Positions 9,211 to 18,584 of a stretch of DNA of 64,000 bases are shown here, piece after piece. The stretch is from Limnohabitans sp. (GTDB lineage Bacteria; Pseudomonadota; Gammaproteobacteria; Burkholderiales; Burkholderiaceae_C): positions 294,024 through 358,023 of the forward strand of contig NZ_JAAVVW010000002.1 in assembly GCF_023910625.1 (NCBI RefSeq). The letters are read 5' to 3'. Each line of letters opens with the position of its first letter. Position 1 is the first letter of the stretch. The translations under genes and the position numbers were made by a program. The notes beneath the pieces are model-generated. The model did not search any database and was not told the origin of the DNA. It saw nothing but the letters and a program-made list of their open reading frames with translations.

Positions 9211-10719
9211 TATGCTCATGTGACAACTATGTGCAGATGGTTTTCCTGTGATGGCTCTCAGGCCCGCAGGATGCGGGTCACGGTTGGGTGGCCAACTGAA
9301 TATCTGGACATATAGATTCGGCCCATTGAAGTCTTGAATTCCAGGTGATTGACCCCATGTTCAGATCATGGAAAAAGAAGACGCAAGATACCAAACACTG
9401 GAGCAACTGCACGAGCGGCGCAAGCAAGTCATTCGGTTGCACAAGAAGGGCATCAAGGTGATGCAAATTGTGGCGATGACTGGACTGAGTCATCCGACAG
9501 TGCGATCAACGATTGATCTGTTCGAGGCCGGCGGTTGGGCAAACGTGCGGCCTACTCCTCGCGGACGGATTAAAGGCGACGGACGCGTGCTCAGCTCAGC
9601 CCAAGAAGATGCCATCCAGCGCATGATCATCGACAAACGACCTGAGCAGTTGAAGATGGACTTCAGCCTTTGGAGTCGAGCTGCGGTGGGGCAACTCATT
9701 GAGCAAGAATTTGGCATCAAGCTGCAGGTGCGCAGCATTGGCAAGTACCTCGCGCGCTGGGGTTTTACGCCGCAAAAGCCGATCAAACGCGCCTACGAAC
9801 AAAGCCCGGCTGCTGTGCAGGCCTGGCTTGAGGGTGAATACCCCGCCATAGAGCAGCGCGCCAGAGCTGAAGGGGGCGAAATTCACTGGGGTGATGAGAC
9901 CGCACTGGTCAACACTGATGTGCGCGGCAGGAGCTATGCCCCTGCAGGCAAAACACCCGTGACCATGGCGGTGGGTGGCACGCGCCAAAAGCTGTCGATG
10001 ATTGCCACGGTGACCAATCAGGGCAAGACAAGGTGGATGATCATTGATGAGGCATTTGATGCAGAAAAGCTGATTGAGTTTTTGCAGGCCTTGATCAAAG
10101 ATGCGAGCAAAAAGGTCTTCCTGATCCTGGACAACTTGCGCGTGCACCACAGCAAACTGGTCAAGGCGTGGGTAGCTGAGCGCAAAGAACAGATCGAGCT
10201 TTTTTACCTGCCCAGCTACAGCCCGCAACTGAACCCAGAAGAGCGGCTGAACGCGGACTTGAAGCAGGAGATGGGCAAGCGCGTTCCAGTGCGAACCAAA
10301 GCCAAATTACGCGAAGCTGCCAACGAACATATGTTGATGTTGGAGAAAACACCCGAGCGGGTTATTGACTACTTCCAGGACCGTCGGGTTCGATATGCTG
10401 CTTAAACTTCAAAGGGCCGGAGCAATAGTTATTCCGTAGAGTTTCACTGGTGATCCCACTTCAGGAGATCACCATGGGAATCACTCAACTGAACCACCCA
10501 CCGCTACGTCGAGGCTGATCTTGCGATGACAGAGCGGGCCCTTGCGAGGCTGGAGGAACCCAATACCAATATGAGCCGATACAAAGCTCCCGACTCGCTT
10601 ATGCAATTCCTTCAGACACTGTAACTATGCGCAGATTTCGCTGGCCCCGCAGTCTCACCGACAGAGGGGCCAGTGTCATTCACAAAACAACATCTGCGCA
10701 TAGTTGTCACCTGAGCATA
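9211..10719 (+). mobile_element. IS630-family element with about 300 bp of extra 3' sequence
   Basis: Terminal IRs are TATGCTCATGTGACAACTATGTGCAGATG (9211-9239) and CATCTGCGCATAGTTGTCACCTGAGCATA (10691-10719), 27/29 matching. TA lies immediately left of the element (9209-9210). An extra partial IR copy sits at about 10621-10637. Confidence 0.75.
9368..10405 (+). CDS. IS630-family DDE transposase
   Basis: 345 aa. N-terminal HTH (MQIVAMTGLSHPTVRSTI). Catalytic region ...IHWGDETAL..., ...FLILDNLRVHHS..., ...LPSYSPQLNPEERLNADLK... is typical of IS630/Tc1. Confidence 0.9.
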   Translation: MEKEDARYQTLEQLHERRKQVIRLHKKGIKVMQIVAMTGLSHPTVRSTIDLFEAGGWANVRPTPRGRIKGDGRVLSSAQEDAIQRMIIDKRPEQLKMDFSLWSRAAVGQLIEQEFGIKLQVRSIGKYLARWGFTPQKPIKRAYEQSPAAVQAWLEGEYPAIEQRARAEGGEIHWGDETALVNTDVRGRSYAPAGKTPVTMAVGGTRQKLSMIATVTNQGKTRWMIIDEAFDAEKLIEFLQALIKDASKKVFLILDNLRVHHSKLVKAWVAERKEQIELFYLPSYSPQLNPEERLNADLKQEMGKRVPVRTKAKLREAANEHMLMLEKTPERVIDYFQDRRVRYAA

Positions 10720-10721
10720 GA

Positions 10722-10751
10722 GGCTGTTATGTAGATCTCTACATAACAGCC
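10722..10751. repeat. Perfect 30-bp palindrome immediately outside the IS630 right end
   Basis: GGCTGTTATGTAGA-TC-TCTACATAACAGCC. 14-bp arms with a central GATC. Confidence 0.8.
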
Positions 10752-10872
10752 TAAAGAAGCCCCTCGCCCCTCTAACTCAACTCAACTCTTCGTGATCCTG
10801 CAACACAGCGATAAAGCCGCTGCAATCGCCGGTCAGCCATTGCAGCACTTCAACGCATCACACTGAACGGAA

Positions 10873-11673
10873 TCAGAACGTCCCAGCGTAAGACCCACCA
10901 TCGGCCAACACGTTTTGGCCCGTCATGTACGCCGCTTGCTGGCTGCACAAGAAGGCACAGATCGCACCGAACTCTTGCGGGTTGCCATAGCGGCCTGCGG
11001 GGATTTGCGCTTGCTGAATCACACGCAACTCTTCCACCGTTTTGCCTTGCTTTTGCGCCATGGCGGGCAGCGTGGCGCGGATGCGGTCGGTGTCGAATTT
11101 GCCGGGCAGCAGGTTGTTGATGGTCACGCCTTTGGCGGCAATGCCGCTGCGCGAAGCCCCCGCCACAAAACCCGTGAGGCCGCTGCGTGCGCCGTTCGAC
11201 AAGCCCAGCACGTCGATGGGGGCCTTCACGGCGCTGCTGGTGATGTTGATGATGCGGCCAAAGCCGCGAGAGGCCATGCGGTCCACGGTGGCTTTGATGA
11301 GCTCGATGGGTGTGAGCATGTTGCCGTCGATGGCCTTGAGCCAGGCCTCACGGTTCCAGTCGCGGAAGTCGCCAGGTGGCGGGCCACCGGCGTTGGTGAC
11401 GACAATGTCGTAATCTTTGCCGGGGCCGCCAGCGACGTTCCAGATGGCTTCGCGTCCGGCTTCGGTGGTGATGTCCACCGCGACCGCGATCAACTGGACT
11501 TTGCCGCCGGTCTCGGCACGCAAGTCATCCACGGCTTTGTTCAGCACTTCAGCACCGCGAGCCACCATGACCACGTTAACGCCCTCCAGCGCCAAGGCCC
11601 GCGCACAGCCCCAGCCCAAGCCTTTGCTGGCGCCACCCACCAAAGCCCACTTGCCTGCAATGCCCAAGTCCAT
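10873..11673 (-). CDS. SDR-family oxidoreductase (3-oxoacyl-ACP reductase-like)
   Basis: GGASKGLG is the glycine-rich NAD(P) motif and NAGG is also present. C-terminal ...YMTGQNVLADGGSY. Start at MDLGIAGKWALV. Confidence 0.85.
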   Translation of the reverse strand: MDLGIAGKWALVGGASKGLGWGCARALALEGVNVVMVARGAEVLNKAVDDLRAETGGKVQLIAVAVDITTEAGREAIWNVAGGPGKDYDIVVTNAGGPPPGDFRDWNREAWLKAIDGNMLTPIELIKATVDRMASRGFGRIINITSSAVKAPIDVLGLSNGARSGLTGFVAGASRSGIAAKGVTINNLLPGKFDTDRIRATLPAMAQKQGKTVEELRVIQQAQIPAGRYGNPQEFGAICAFLCSQQAAYMTGQNVLADGGSYAGTF

Positions 11674-11674
11674 G

Positions 11675-12613
11675 TCAATCTCCAGAAGTTGATGTGGTGC
11701 GACCCGCTGGCCGCGTGACCCAAAACACACCGCTCAAGACCAGCACGGTCCCGGCGATGATCCATAGGTTGAAAGCTTCGTCCAAAATCCAAACGCCCAT
11801 CAGCAGCGTGGCCATGGGGCCGATCATGCCGATTTGCGCCGTCAGCCCGGGGCCGATGCGCTCAATGGCTATCATCACCAGCAAGACCGGCAAAACGGTG
11901 CAGGCCGTGGCATTCAGCAACGACAGCCACAGCACCGCCTCGGGCACCTGCACGGCCGCCATGGGCCGCAGCAATCCAAACTGCACGATGCAAAAAAAAC
12001 AAGCCACACTGGTGGCCAGCCCCGCCAGCCGCAAGGCGCCTAGGCGCTGCACCAATTGGCCGCTGTAGGTCAGGTACACCGCATAGGTGACCGCGCTTAA
12101 AAAGACCAGCAATGCCCCAAAAGCCGCGTGCGGCCCCGCCAGCCCGACCTCGTTCCCAAACACCAGCAACACGCCCGAATAGCTGATGGCCATGGCCACC
12201 CCCTGGCGCTGCGTGATGCGCTTGTTGAACAGCAACCAACCGAGCACCAGCACGATCGTGGGGTTGAGGTAAAGGATCAGCCTCTCCAGCGAGGCGCTGA
12301 TGAATTCCAGCCCCCAAAAATCCAGAAAGCTCGACAGGTAATAACCGCAAAAGCCCAGGCCCACCACGCCCAGCCAGTCTCTTTGGGTAAGCCGCGCCTT
12401 GCCACGCCCAGCCCACCAGGCCATCAGCACAAAAAAGGGCAAGGCAAACACCATGCGCAGCATGAGCAGCGTGACCACATCAACGCCATGGCGGTAAGCC
12501 AGCTTGACGATGATGGCCTTGCCACTGAATGCGATCGAGCCCGCCGCTGCCAGCATCAAGCCGGTGCTCAGGGCCGATGCCGGTGCAGTGGCAGCGCGGG
12601 CGTGGTCCATCAA
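11675..12613 (-). CDS. EamA/DMT-family transporter
   Basis: 312 aa, polytopic, with two EamA-like halves. Confidence 0.8.
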   Translation of the reverse strand: MMDHARAATAPASALSTGLMLAAAGSIAFSGKAIIVKLAYRHGVDVVTLLMLRMVFALPFFVLMAWWAGRGKARLTQRDWLGVVGLGFCGYYLSSFLDFWGLEFISASLERLILYLNPTIVLVLGWLLFNKRITQRQGVAMAISYSGVLLVFGNEVGLAGPHAAFGALLVFLSAVTYAVYLTYSGQLVQRLGALRLAGLATSVACFFCIVQFGLLRPMAAVQVPEAVLWLSLLNATACTVLPVLLVMIAIERIGPGLTAQIGMIGPMATLLMGVWILDEAFNLWIIAGTVLVLSGVFWVTRPAGRTTSTSGD

Positions 12614-14232
12614 AAGCCCACGGCCTGGCCGTCGCGGCGCGGGTCGCTGGCAGCCTGGTAACCCTGTACCGCCGGATCACCCATGCGCCAAATGAACTGG
12701 CCTGCGCCAAAGTCTTGGTACGAGTCGTTGATGATGTCCAGCTGATGGCCGCGTGCAATCAGCGCTTGCACGGTCTGGCCATTCATCGCGGCTTCGACGT
12801 TGATGTTCAGGCCCGTGTTGAAGCGCCAACGCGGTGCATCGCACGCCGCTTGCGGGTTCTGGCCGTAGTCGAGCATGCGCACCAGTGTTTGCATGTGGCC
12901 CTGCGGTTGCATGTTGCCGCCCATCACGCCGTAGCTCATCACAGGCTGGCCGTCTTTGGTGAGGAAAGCCGGGATGATGGTCTGGAACGGCCGCTTGCCC
13001 GGCAACACCAGGTTGGCGGGGTTGGGGCCCTGCAGGTCGGTGCTGAAACCGTGGCCCCGGTTTTGCAGGCTGATGCCGTACGTGGGCTCAACCACACCCG
13101 AGCCAAAACCCATGTAGTTGCTCTGGATGAAGCTGATCATCATGCCGTTTTCATCGGCGGCCGTCAGGTAAATCGTGCCGCCCTTGACCGGGTTACCCGC
13201 CTTGAAGTCCTGCGCCTTTTTCATGTCGATCAGCTTGGCGCGGCTGGCCAGATAGGCGGGGTCCAGCATCTGCTCGGGCGGCAGCTCCATGAAGCGCGGG
13301 TCAGCCACATAGCGGTACAGGTCGGCAAAGGCCAGCTTCATGGCTTCGATCTGCAGGTGCTGCGAATCGGCGCTGTCCACCTTGTGGCTGGCCAGGTCAA
13401 AGTTGGACAGGATACCCAGCGCGATCAAAGCGGCGATGCCCTGCCCGTTGGGCGGGATCTCGTGCAAGGTGTAGCCCCGGTAGTCTTGCGCCATGGGCTT
13501 GACCCACTCGGGCTTGAAGTCGGCCAGGTCTTTGGCGGTGATGCTGCCGCCGTTGTCCTTGGCGAACTTTTCAATCGCTTGGGCAATCTCGCCGCCATAC
13601 AGCGCTTGGCCTTTGGTGGCGGCAATGGCCCTGAGACCACGCGCTGCGTTTTTGAACTGGAACAACTCGCCCACCTGCGGCGCACGGCCCCATGGCAAAA
13701 AGCTTTGCGCAAAGCCCGGCTGCGACTGCAGCTCGGGCGTGGCGGCTGCCCATTTTTGCTGCACCACCACCGGAATCAAAAAACCCCGCTCGGCCACCTC
13801 AATCGCAGGCTCCAGCAAATCGGCAAAGGGCAGTTTGCCAAAACGCTCGCTCAAGGCCACCCAGCCCGCGACCGCGCCGGGCACGCTGACCGAATCAAAG
13901 CCGCGCTTGGGCGGTGTTTTGGCTTCGACGCCGTACTTGCGGTGGAAGTATTCGGGCGTCCAGGTGGCGGGCGCAGGGCCAGAAGAATTGAGGCCGTGCA
14001 GTTCTTTGCCGTCCCACAAAATCGCAAACGCGTCCGAGCCGAGGCCACAACTGACGGGCTCGGTCAAGGTAATGACGGCTGCAGCAGCGATGGCGGCATC
14101 GACCGCATTGCCGCCCTTGAGCATCATGCGCAAACCCGCTTGTGCGGCCAGCGGGTGCGAGGTGGACACCACATTGCGCGCAAACAGCGGTAATCGGGTG
14201 CTGGCATAGGGGAACTGGTAATCGAAACTCAT
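12610..14232 (-). CDS. ggt: Gamma-glutamyltransferase family protein
   Basis: ...STSHPLAAQAGLRMMLKGGNAVDAAIAAAAVITLTEP...GGTIYLTAAD...VMGGNMQPQGH... are GGT signatures. Start at MSFDYQ (14232). Confidence 0.85.
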   Translation of the reverse strand: MSFDYQFPYASTRLPLFARNVVSTSHPLAAQAGLRMMLKGGNAVDAAIAAAAVITLTEPVSCGLGSDAFAILWDGKELHGLNSSGPAPATWTPEYFHRKYGVEAKTPPKRGFDSVSVPGAVAGWVALSERFGKLPFADLLEPAIEVAERGFLIPVVVQQKWAAATPELQSQPGFAQSFLPWGRAPQVGELFQFKNAARGLRAIAATKGQALYGGEIAQAIEKFAKDNGGSITAKDLADFKPEWVKPMAQDYRGYTLHEIPPNGQGIAALIALGILSNFDLASHKVDSADSQHLQIEAMKLAFADLYRYVADPRFMELPPEQMLDPAYLASRAKLIDMKKAQDFKAGNPVKGGTIYLTAADENGMMISFIQSNYMGFGSGVVEPTYGISLQNRGHGFSTDLQGPNPANLVLPGKRPFQTIIPAFLTKDGQPVMSYGVMGGNMQPQGHMQTLVRMLDYGQNPQAACDAPRWRFNTGLNINVEAAMNGQTVQALIARGHQLDIINDSYQDFGAGQFIWRMGDPAVQGYQAASDPRRDGQAVGF

Positions 14233-14233
14233 G

Positions 14234-15208
14234 TCAATCCAGGGTGATCTTGCGCTCGGTGATGATCTTTTTCCATTTGGCCGATTCACTGGCCAGCATG
14301 GTGGTGAACTGGGCGGGTGTGCCGCCTACCGGCTCGATGCCAAAGCGCTGGAGCTTGTCCATCACCTCTGGGTCTTGCAGCGCCTGGTTGGCGGCGGTAT
14401 TGACGCGGCTGACCACTTCAGGTGGCAAGCCTTTGGGGCCAAACAAACCAAACCAGGTGTTGGACTCATAGCCCGGTAACACATCGGCAATGGCGGGCAC
14501 GCCAGGGGCCAGGGGCGTGGCTTTGAGCGAGGTCACACCCAAGGCACGCAAGCGGCCTTCGCGCACATGCGGCATACCGGTGGGCAAGCTGTCAAACAAA
14601 ACATCCACTTTGCCGGTGATCAGGTCAGGAATGGCCAGTGCCGTGCCTTTGTAGGGGATGTGCACCACAAACACATCGGCCTGGGCCTTGAACAGCTCGG
14701 CCGACAACTGCACGATGGTGCCGTTGCCGCTCGATGCGTAATTCAAACGGCCGGGGTTCTTCTTGGCGTGGTCGATCCACTCCTTAACGGTTTTGGCGGG
14801 TGAGTTGTTGGGCACCAGCATGATGCTGGGGGCGTTGCCCAAATGACCAATCGGCGTGAAGTCGCGCACCGCGTCGTAAGGCATGCGCGGGTTCAGGTTG
14901 GGGCCAATCGAGTGCGTGCTGGAGGTGGACAGCAGCAGCGTGTAGCCGTCGGGCGAGGCCTTGGCGGCCAAGTCTGCGCCCAAGGTACCGCCTGCCCCGG
15001 GGCGGTTTTCCACGATCAGGGCCACGCCCAATTTTTCACCCAGCTTTTGCGACACGGTACGGGCGAACAAATCGGTCGCGCCACCGGCCGGAAAAGGCAC
15101 GATCAGACGCACGGGCTTGTTCGGGTAGCTTTGCGCTTGCGTCCAACCCGCCAAAAGCAAGCCGAGCGTTGCAGCGCACACCGTGCGCAAGAGGTTTCTT
15201 TTGTTCAT
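14234..15208 (-). CDS. Bug/TctC-family tripartite tricarboxylate transporter substrate-binding protein
   Basis: Signal peptide followed by YPNKPVRLIVPFPAGGATDLFAR, the hallmark of the Bug family. Confidence 0.9.
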   Translation of the reverse strand: MNKRNLLRTVCAATLGLLLAGWTQAQSYPNKPVRLIVPFPAGGATDLFARTVSQKLGEKLGVALIVENRPGAGGTLGADLAAKASPDGYTLLLSTSSTHSIGPNLNPRMPYDAVRDFTPIGHLGNAPSIMLVPNNSPAKTVKEWIDHAKKNPGRLNYASSGNGTIVQLSAELFKAQADVFVVHIPYKGTALAIPDLITGKVDVLFDSLPTGMPHVREGRLRALGVTSLKATPLAPGVPAIADVLPGYESNTWFGLFGPKGLPPEVVSRVNTAANQALQDPEVMDKLQRFGIEPVGGTPAQFTTMLASESAKWKKIITERKITLD

Positions 15209-15392
15209 GGTGATGTCCTGTCCAAGATCTGCTCAGCCGAATTTGCCAAGTTAAAGACGGTTACATTTTCGCAGAGCAAGACCTGGCCTGTTGCACACAA
15301 GTGACAAGCCCATGAAAGCTGTCAGATGTTGGAACTGCACCAATGACAACGGCCTCCGAAGAGGCCGTTGTGAAGGTCAGGTCAAAGGACGA

Positions 15393-16904
15393 TCAGTCTT
15401 CGACAAAAGCCTGTTCGCGTTTGGACTTGATCGATGGCAAAGCCACGATGATCAAGAGCAGCAAGGCGACAGCCAACAAGGTGGCCGACAAAGGACGTGT
15501 CACGAAGACACTCCAGTCACCGCGCGACAAGAGCATGGCGCGCCGCAGGTTTTCTTCCATCATCGGACCCAGGATCAGGCCCAACAGCAAGGGTGCTGGC
15601 TCCATGCCGAGTTTGATGAAGGTATAACCCACTACACCGAAACCTGCCACCATCCAGATGTCGAAGGTGTTGTTGTTGGTGGAATACACGCCGATCGCGC
15701 AGAACAACACGATGGCAGGAAACAGCCAGCGGTAAGGGACAGACAAAAGCTTGATCCAGATACCGATCAAAGGCAGGTTCAAGATGATCAACATCGCGTT
15801 ACCCAGCCACATCGAAGCAATCAGACCCCAGAACAACTCGGGGTTGCTGGTCATGACCTGAGGGCCGGGCTGGATGTTGTGGATCGTCATCGCGCCCACC
15901 ATCAAGGCCATCACGGCATTGGGCGGGATGCCCAGTGTCAACAGGGGAATGAAGGAAGTTTGCGACGCCGCATTGTTGGCCGATTCAGGGGCGGCTACGC
16001 CTCGGATGTTGCCCTGACCGAAGGGAACCTCGCCAGCGTTGAGCTTGGTTTTCTTCTCAATCGTGTAAGCGGCAAACGCAGACAACAAGGCACCACCGCC
16101 AGGCAAGATACCCAAGGTAGAACCCAGGAAAGTACCGCGCAGCACAGCAGGAACCATGTTCTTGAAGTCTTGTGCGGTGGGCATCAATCCGGTCACTTTG
16201 GCGGTAAAGACTTCGCGTTGCTCTGCTGGTTTGGCCAGATTGGAGATGATTTCGCCATAACCAAACACACCCATGGCGATGACAATGAAGCCAATGCCAT
16301 CGGTCAGCTCAGGAATATCAAAACTGTAGCGGGCCACACCCGAATTCACGTCGGTGCCGATGAGACCAATCAGCAGACCCAAGATGATCATGCCAACGGC
16401 CTTGATCAACGAGCCGGAAGCCAAAACAACGGCACCGATCAGGCCCAAAACCATCAGGGAGAAATACTCGGCAGGGCCAAACTTGAAAGCGACTTCGGTC
16501 AAAGGCGCAGCAAAGGCAGCCAAGATCAAGGTGCCCACACATCCAGCAAAGAAGGAACCCAAGCCAGCAGCCGCCAAAGCAGGGCCAGCGCGACCTTTGC
16601 GGGCCATCTGGTAACCATCGATCATGGTCACCACCGACGAGGCTTCCCCCGGGAGGTTCACCAAAATGGCGGTGGTCGAGCCGCCGTATTGCGCGCCGTA
16701 ATAGATACCGGCCAACATGATCAAAGCGGCGATCGGTGGCAAGGCATACGTGGCAGGCAAAAGCATGGCGATGGTGGCCACAGGCCCCACGCCGGGCAAA
16801 ACGCCAATCAAAGTACCCAGCAAACAGCCAATCAACGCATACATCAGGTTTTGAAAGGTGAAAGCCACCCCAAAACCAAGGGCCAGGTTGTCAAACAGTT
16901 CCAT
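15393..16904 (-). CDS. tctA: Tripartite tricarboxylate transporter permease, large subunit
   Basis: 503 aa polytopic protein. GVLPGVGP and GILPGGG are TctA motifs. Confidence 0.9.
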   Translation of the reverse strand: MELFDNLALGFGVAFTFQNLMYALIGCLLGTLIGVLPGVGPVATIAMLLPATYALPPIAALIMLAGIYYGAQYGGSTTAILVNLPGEASSVVTMIDGYQMARKGRAGPALAAAGLGSFFAGCVGTLILAAFAAPLTEVAFKFGPAEYFSLMVLGLIGAVVLASGSLIKAVGMIILGLLIGLIGTDVNSGVARYSFDIPELTDGIGFIVIAMGVFGYGEIISNLAKPAEQREVFTAKVTGLMPTAQDFKNMVPAVLRGTFLGSTLGILPGGGALLSAFAAYTIEKKTKLNAGEVPFGQGNIRGVAAPESANNAASQTSFIPLLTLGIPPNAVMALMVGAMTIHNIQPGPQVMTSNPELFWGLIASMWLGNAMLIILNLPLIGIWIKLLSVPYRWLFPAIVLFCAIGVYSTNNNTFDIWMVAGFGVVGYTFIKLGMEPAPLLLGLILGPMMEENLRRAMLLSRGDWSVFVTRPLSATLLAVALLLLIIVALPSIKSKREQAFVED

Positions 16905-16917
16905 GAATTATTTCTCC

Positions 16918-17403
16918 TCAACCTGTGATGAACGATGGCCAAACCGGGAACTGCAAATTGAGCAGCAAGACAAATGCGCAGTAACTGCCGATCGATAAAA
17001 TCGTGGCCAAAATCAAAACCTCTTTGAGTTTAAAAATGTCACCAGCGCGGCTGACCACCAAGGTGGTGCCAAAAATGGCAGCGATCAGGCCCATGGCCGG
17101 AATACCGAACTTGGGCAGACCACTGAGCAAAATACCAAAAATCAAGTTGCCCGCAATGATGAAGAACAATGGCTTCCAGGCCCATTTGCCGATTTTGTCG
17201 CCATCGGCAGTTTTGACAACGACCGCTTTGAACATGGTGTACAGGCCAATCACGCACAAGAGGGCACCCAAGAGCAATGGGAAATAACCCGGGCCCATGC
17301 GGGCCGCTGTGCCCAGGTTGTAACCCATAGCTCCTATGGCAAAGGCGCCACCCACCACTGCATAGAGCAGGCCCGCGAAAAAGTCTTTTTGACTTTGGAT
17401 CAT
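16918..17403 (-). CDS. tctB: Tripartite tricarboxylate transporter small subunit (TctB family)
   Basis: About 160 aa with 4 TM segments, directly upstream of tctA. Start at MIQSQKDFFAG. Confidence 0.75.
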   Translation of the reverse strand: MIQSQKDFFAGLLYAVVGGAFAIGAMGYNLGTAARMGPGYFPLLLGALLCVIGLYTMFKAVVVKTADGDKIGKWAWKPLFFIIAGNLIFGILLSGLPKFGIPAMGLIAAIFGTTLVVSRAGDIFKLKEVLILATILSIGSYCAFVLLLNLQFPVWPSFITG

Positions 17404-17498
17404 GAAAAAAATCTCCTCTGATTTGAGTTGCGGCAATTCTGCGTGAATCATAGGGGTTCACGGATGTGGGTAACACCTATGCTCACGGAATGAAGAAA

Positions 17499-18312
17499 TC
17501 ATGGTTTACCCTGATCTACACCTTGCATGGTGAGTGTCTGACCCAAAGGCATTGACTTGACCAGCGGTTTAAAAACCTTGAGCCATTTCAAAGCGGGCAG
17601 GCCCCAATTTTTCTCAACGGCATGGGCCGCTTGCAGCAAGGCATCGCTTGAAGGTCGGCTGGCGGTGCGCTGCGCCAGCACGATGGCGTTGCCCTCTCGT
17701 GTGGGCTTGAATACCCACACCGCATCTTCACCAAAGGCGGCGCATATCTTTTCCACACTCTCGGCATAACTCGATGAGCGGCCAAACAGGTTGACCGTCA
17801 TGCAGCCTTGCGGGGTCAGCAGTTCGCGACAGTGGCGGTAAAAATCGGGCGTGTCCAGCACCGGGGCGGCCGCCTCTTCGTCGTACAAATCGACCTGCAG
17901 TGCATCCACGGTGCCGCGCCATTCGTCCTTCTGAATTTCGAGCGATGCATCGGCCAGCACCACGCGCAAGCGCTCATCATCAGGCGGCAGGCGAAACCAA
18001 CCCCGGCAAGCGTGCAACACGCCCGGGTTCAGCTCCACGGCGGTGCAGGCCATCTTGAGTTTTTTGTGACAAAACTTGGTGATGGTGCCCGCGCCCAGCC
18101 CCAACTGCATGGCGTGTGCCCCCTTGACTTCGACCGGCGGCAAAAACAAGCAACCACGCGAACATGCGCTGCACATATTCCAGCTCGATGTCGTAGGGCC
18201 GGTCGAGAAACATGGAACCCTGAATCCACTGGGTGCCCAAATGCAGGTAACGGATCTCGCCGTCTTCGGAAAAATTAACTTCGGGCGGTTTGATGGGTTT
18301 TTTTCGGGTCAT
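17499..18312 (-). pseudogene. Spermidine synthase-like methyltransferase, split by a frameshift
   Basis: The N-terminal part (MTRKKPIKPPEVNFSEDGEIRYLHLGTQWIQGSMFLDRPYDIELEYVQRMFAWLL) and the remainder (...LPPVEVKGAHAMQLGLGAGTITKF...VELNPGV...) lie in different frames. They meet at an A5/T5 run near 18142-18146. The total span of 814 nt is not a multiple of 3. Confidence 0.6.
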
Positions 18313-18584
18313 GGGGCGTGATGTTACAGAGCGGCGATTGAGCAGCGGGCGATGCGGCCCAGAAAAAACCATCGCTCGCCAATACACACATGGCGCCCAT
18401 TGCACTCACAACCACATGGCATCCCAATATAAGCACAACCCACAGCGCTGCGACGGGTGCGTCGGGCGCAGGGCTAGCCAGCGGCAAGTCAAAATCGTCG
18501 CCTCAGCCATTTACCAACTGATGCGCTGATCAACCTCAAGTCTGACCCATAGACAATCAGCAGCACCAACGCCGCCAAGCCTTT

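Noticed and set aside
12529-14193. 554-aa plus-strand ORF overlapping ggt. Similar long antisense ORFs occur at 5278-6384(-), 51218-52675(-), 55876-57267(+), 57407-58486(-) and 58503-59840(-).
   Set aside because: They lie opposite genes with clear family signatures. Their Arg/Gly/Ala/His-rich, low-complexity translations are typical of shadow ORFs in high-GC DNA.
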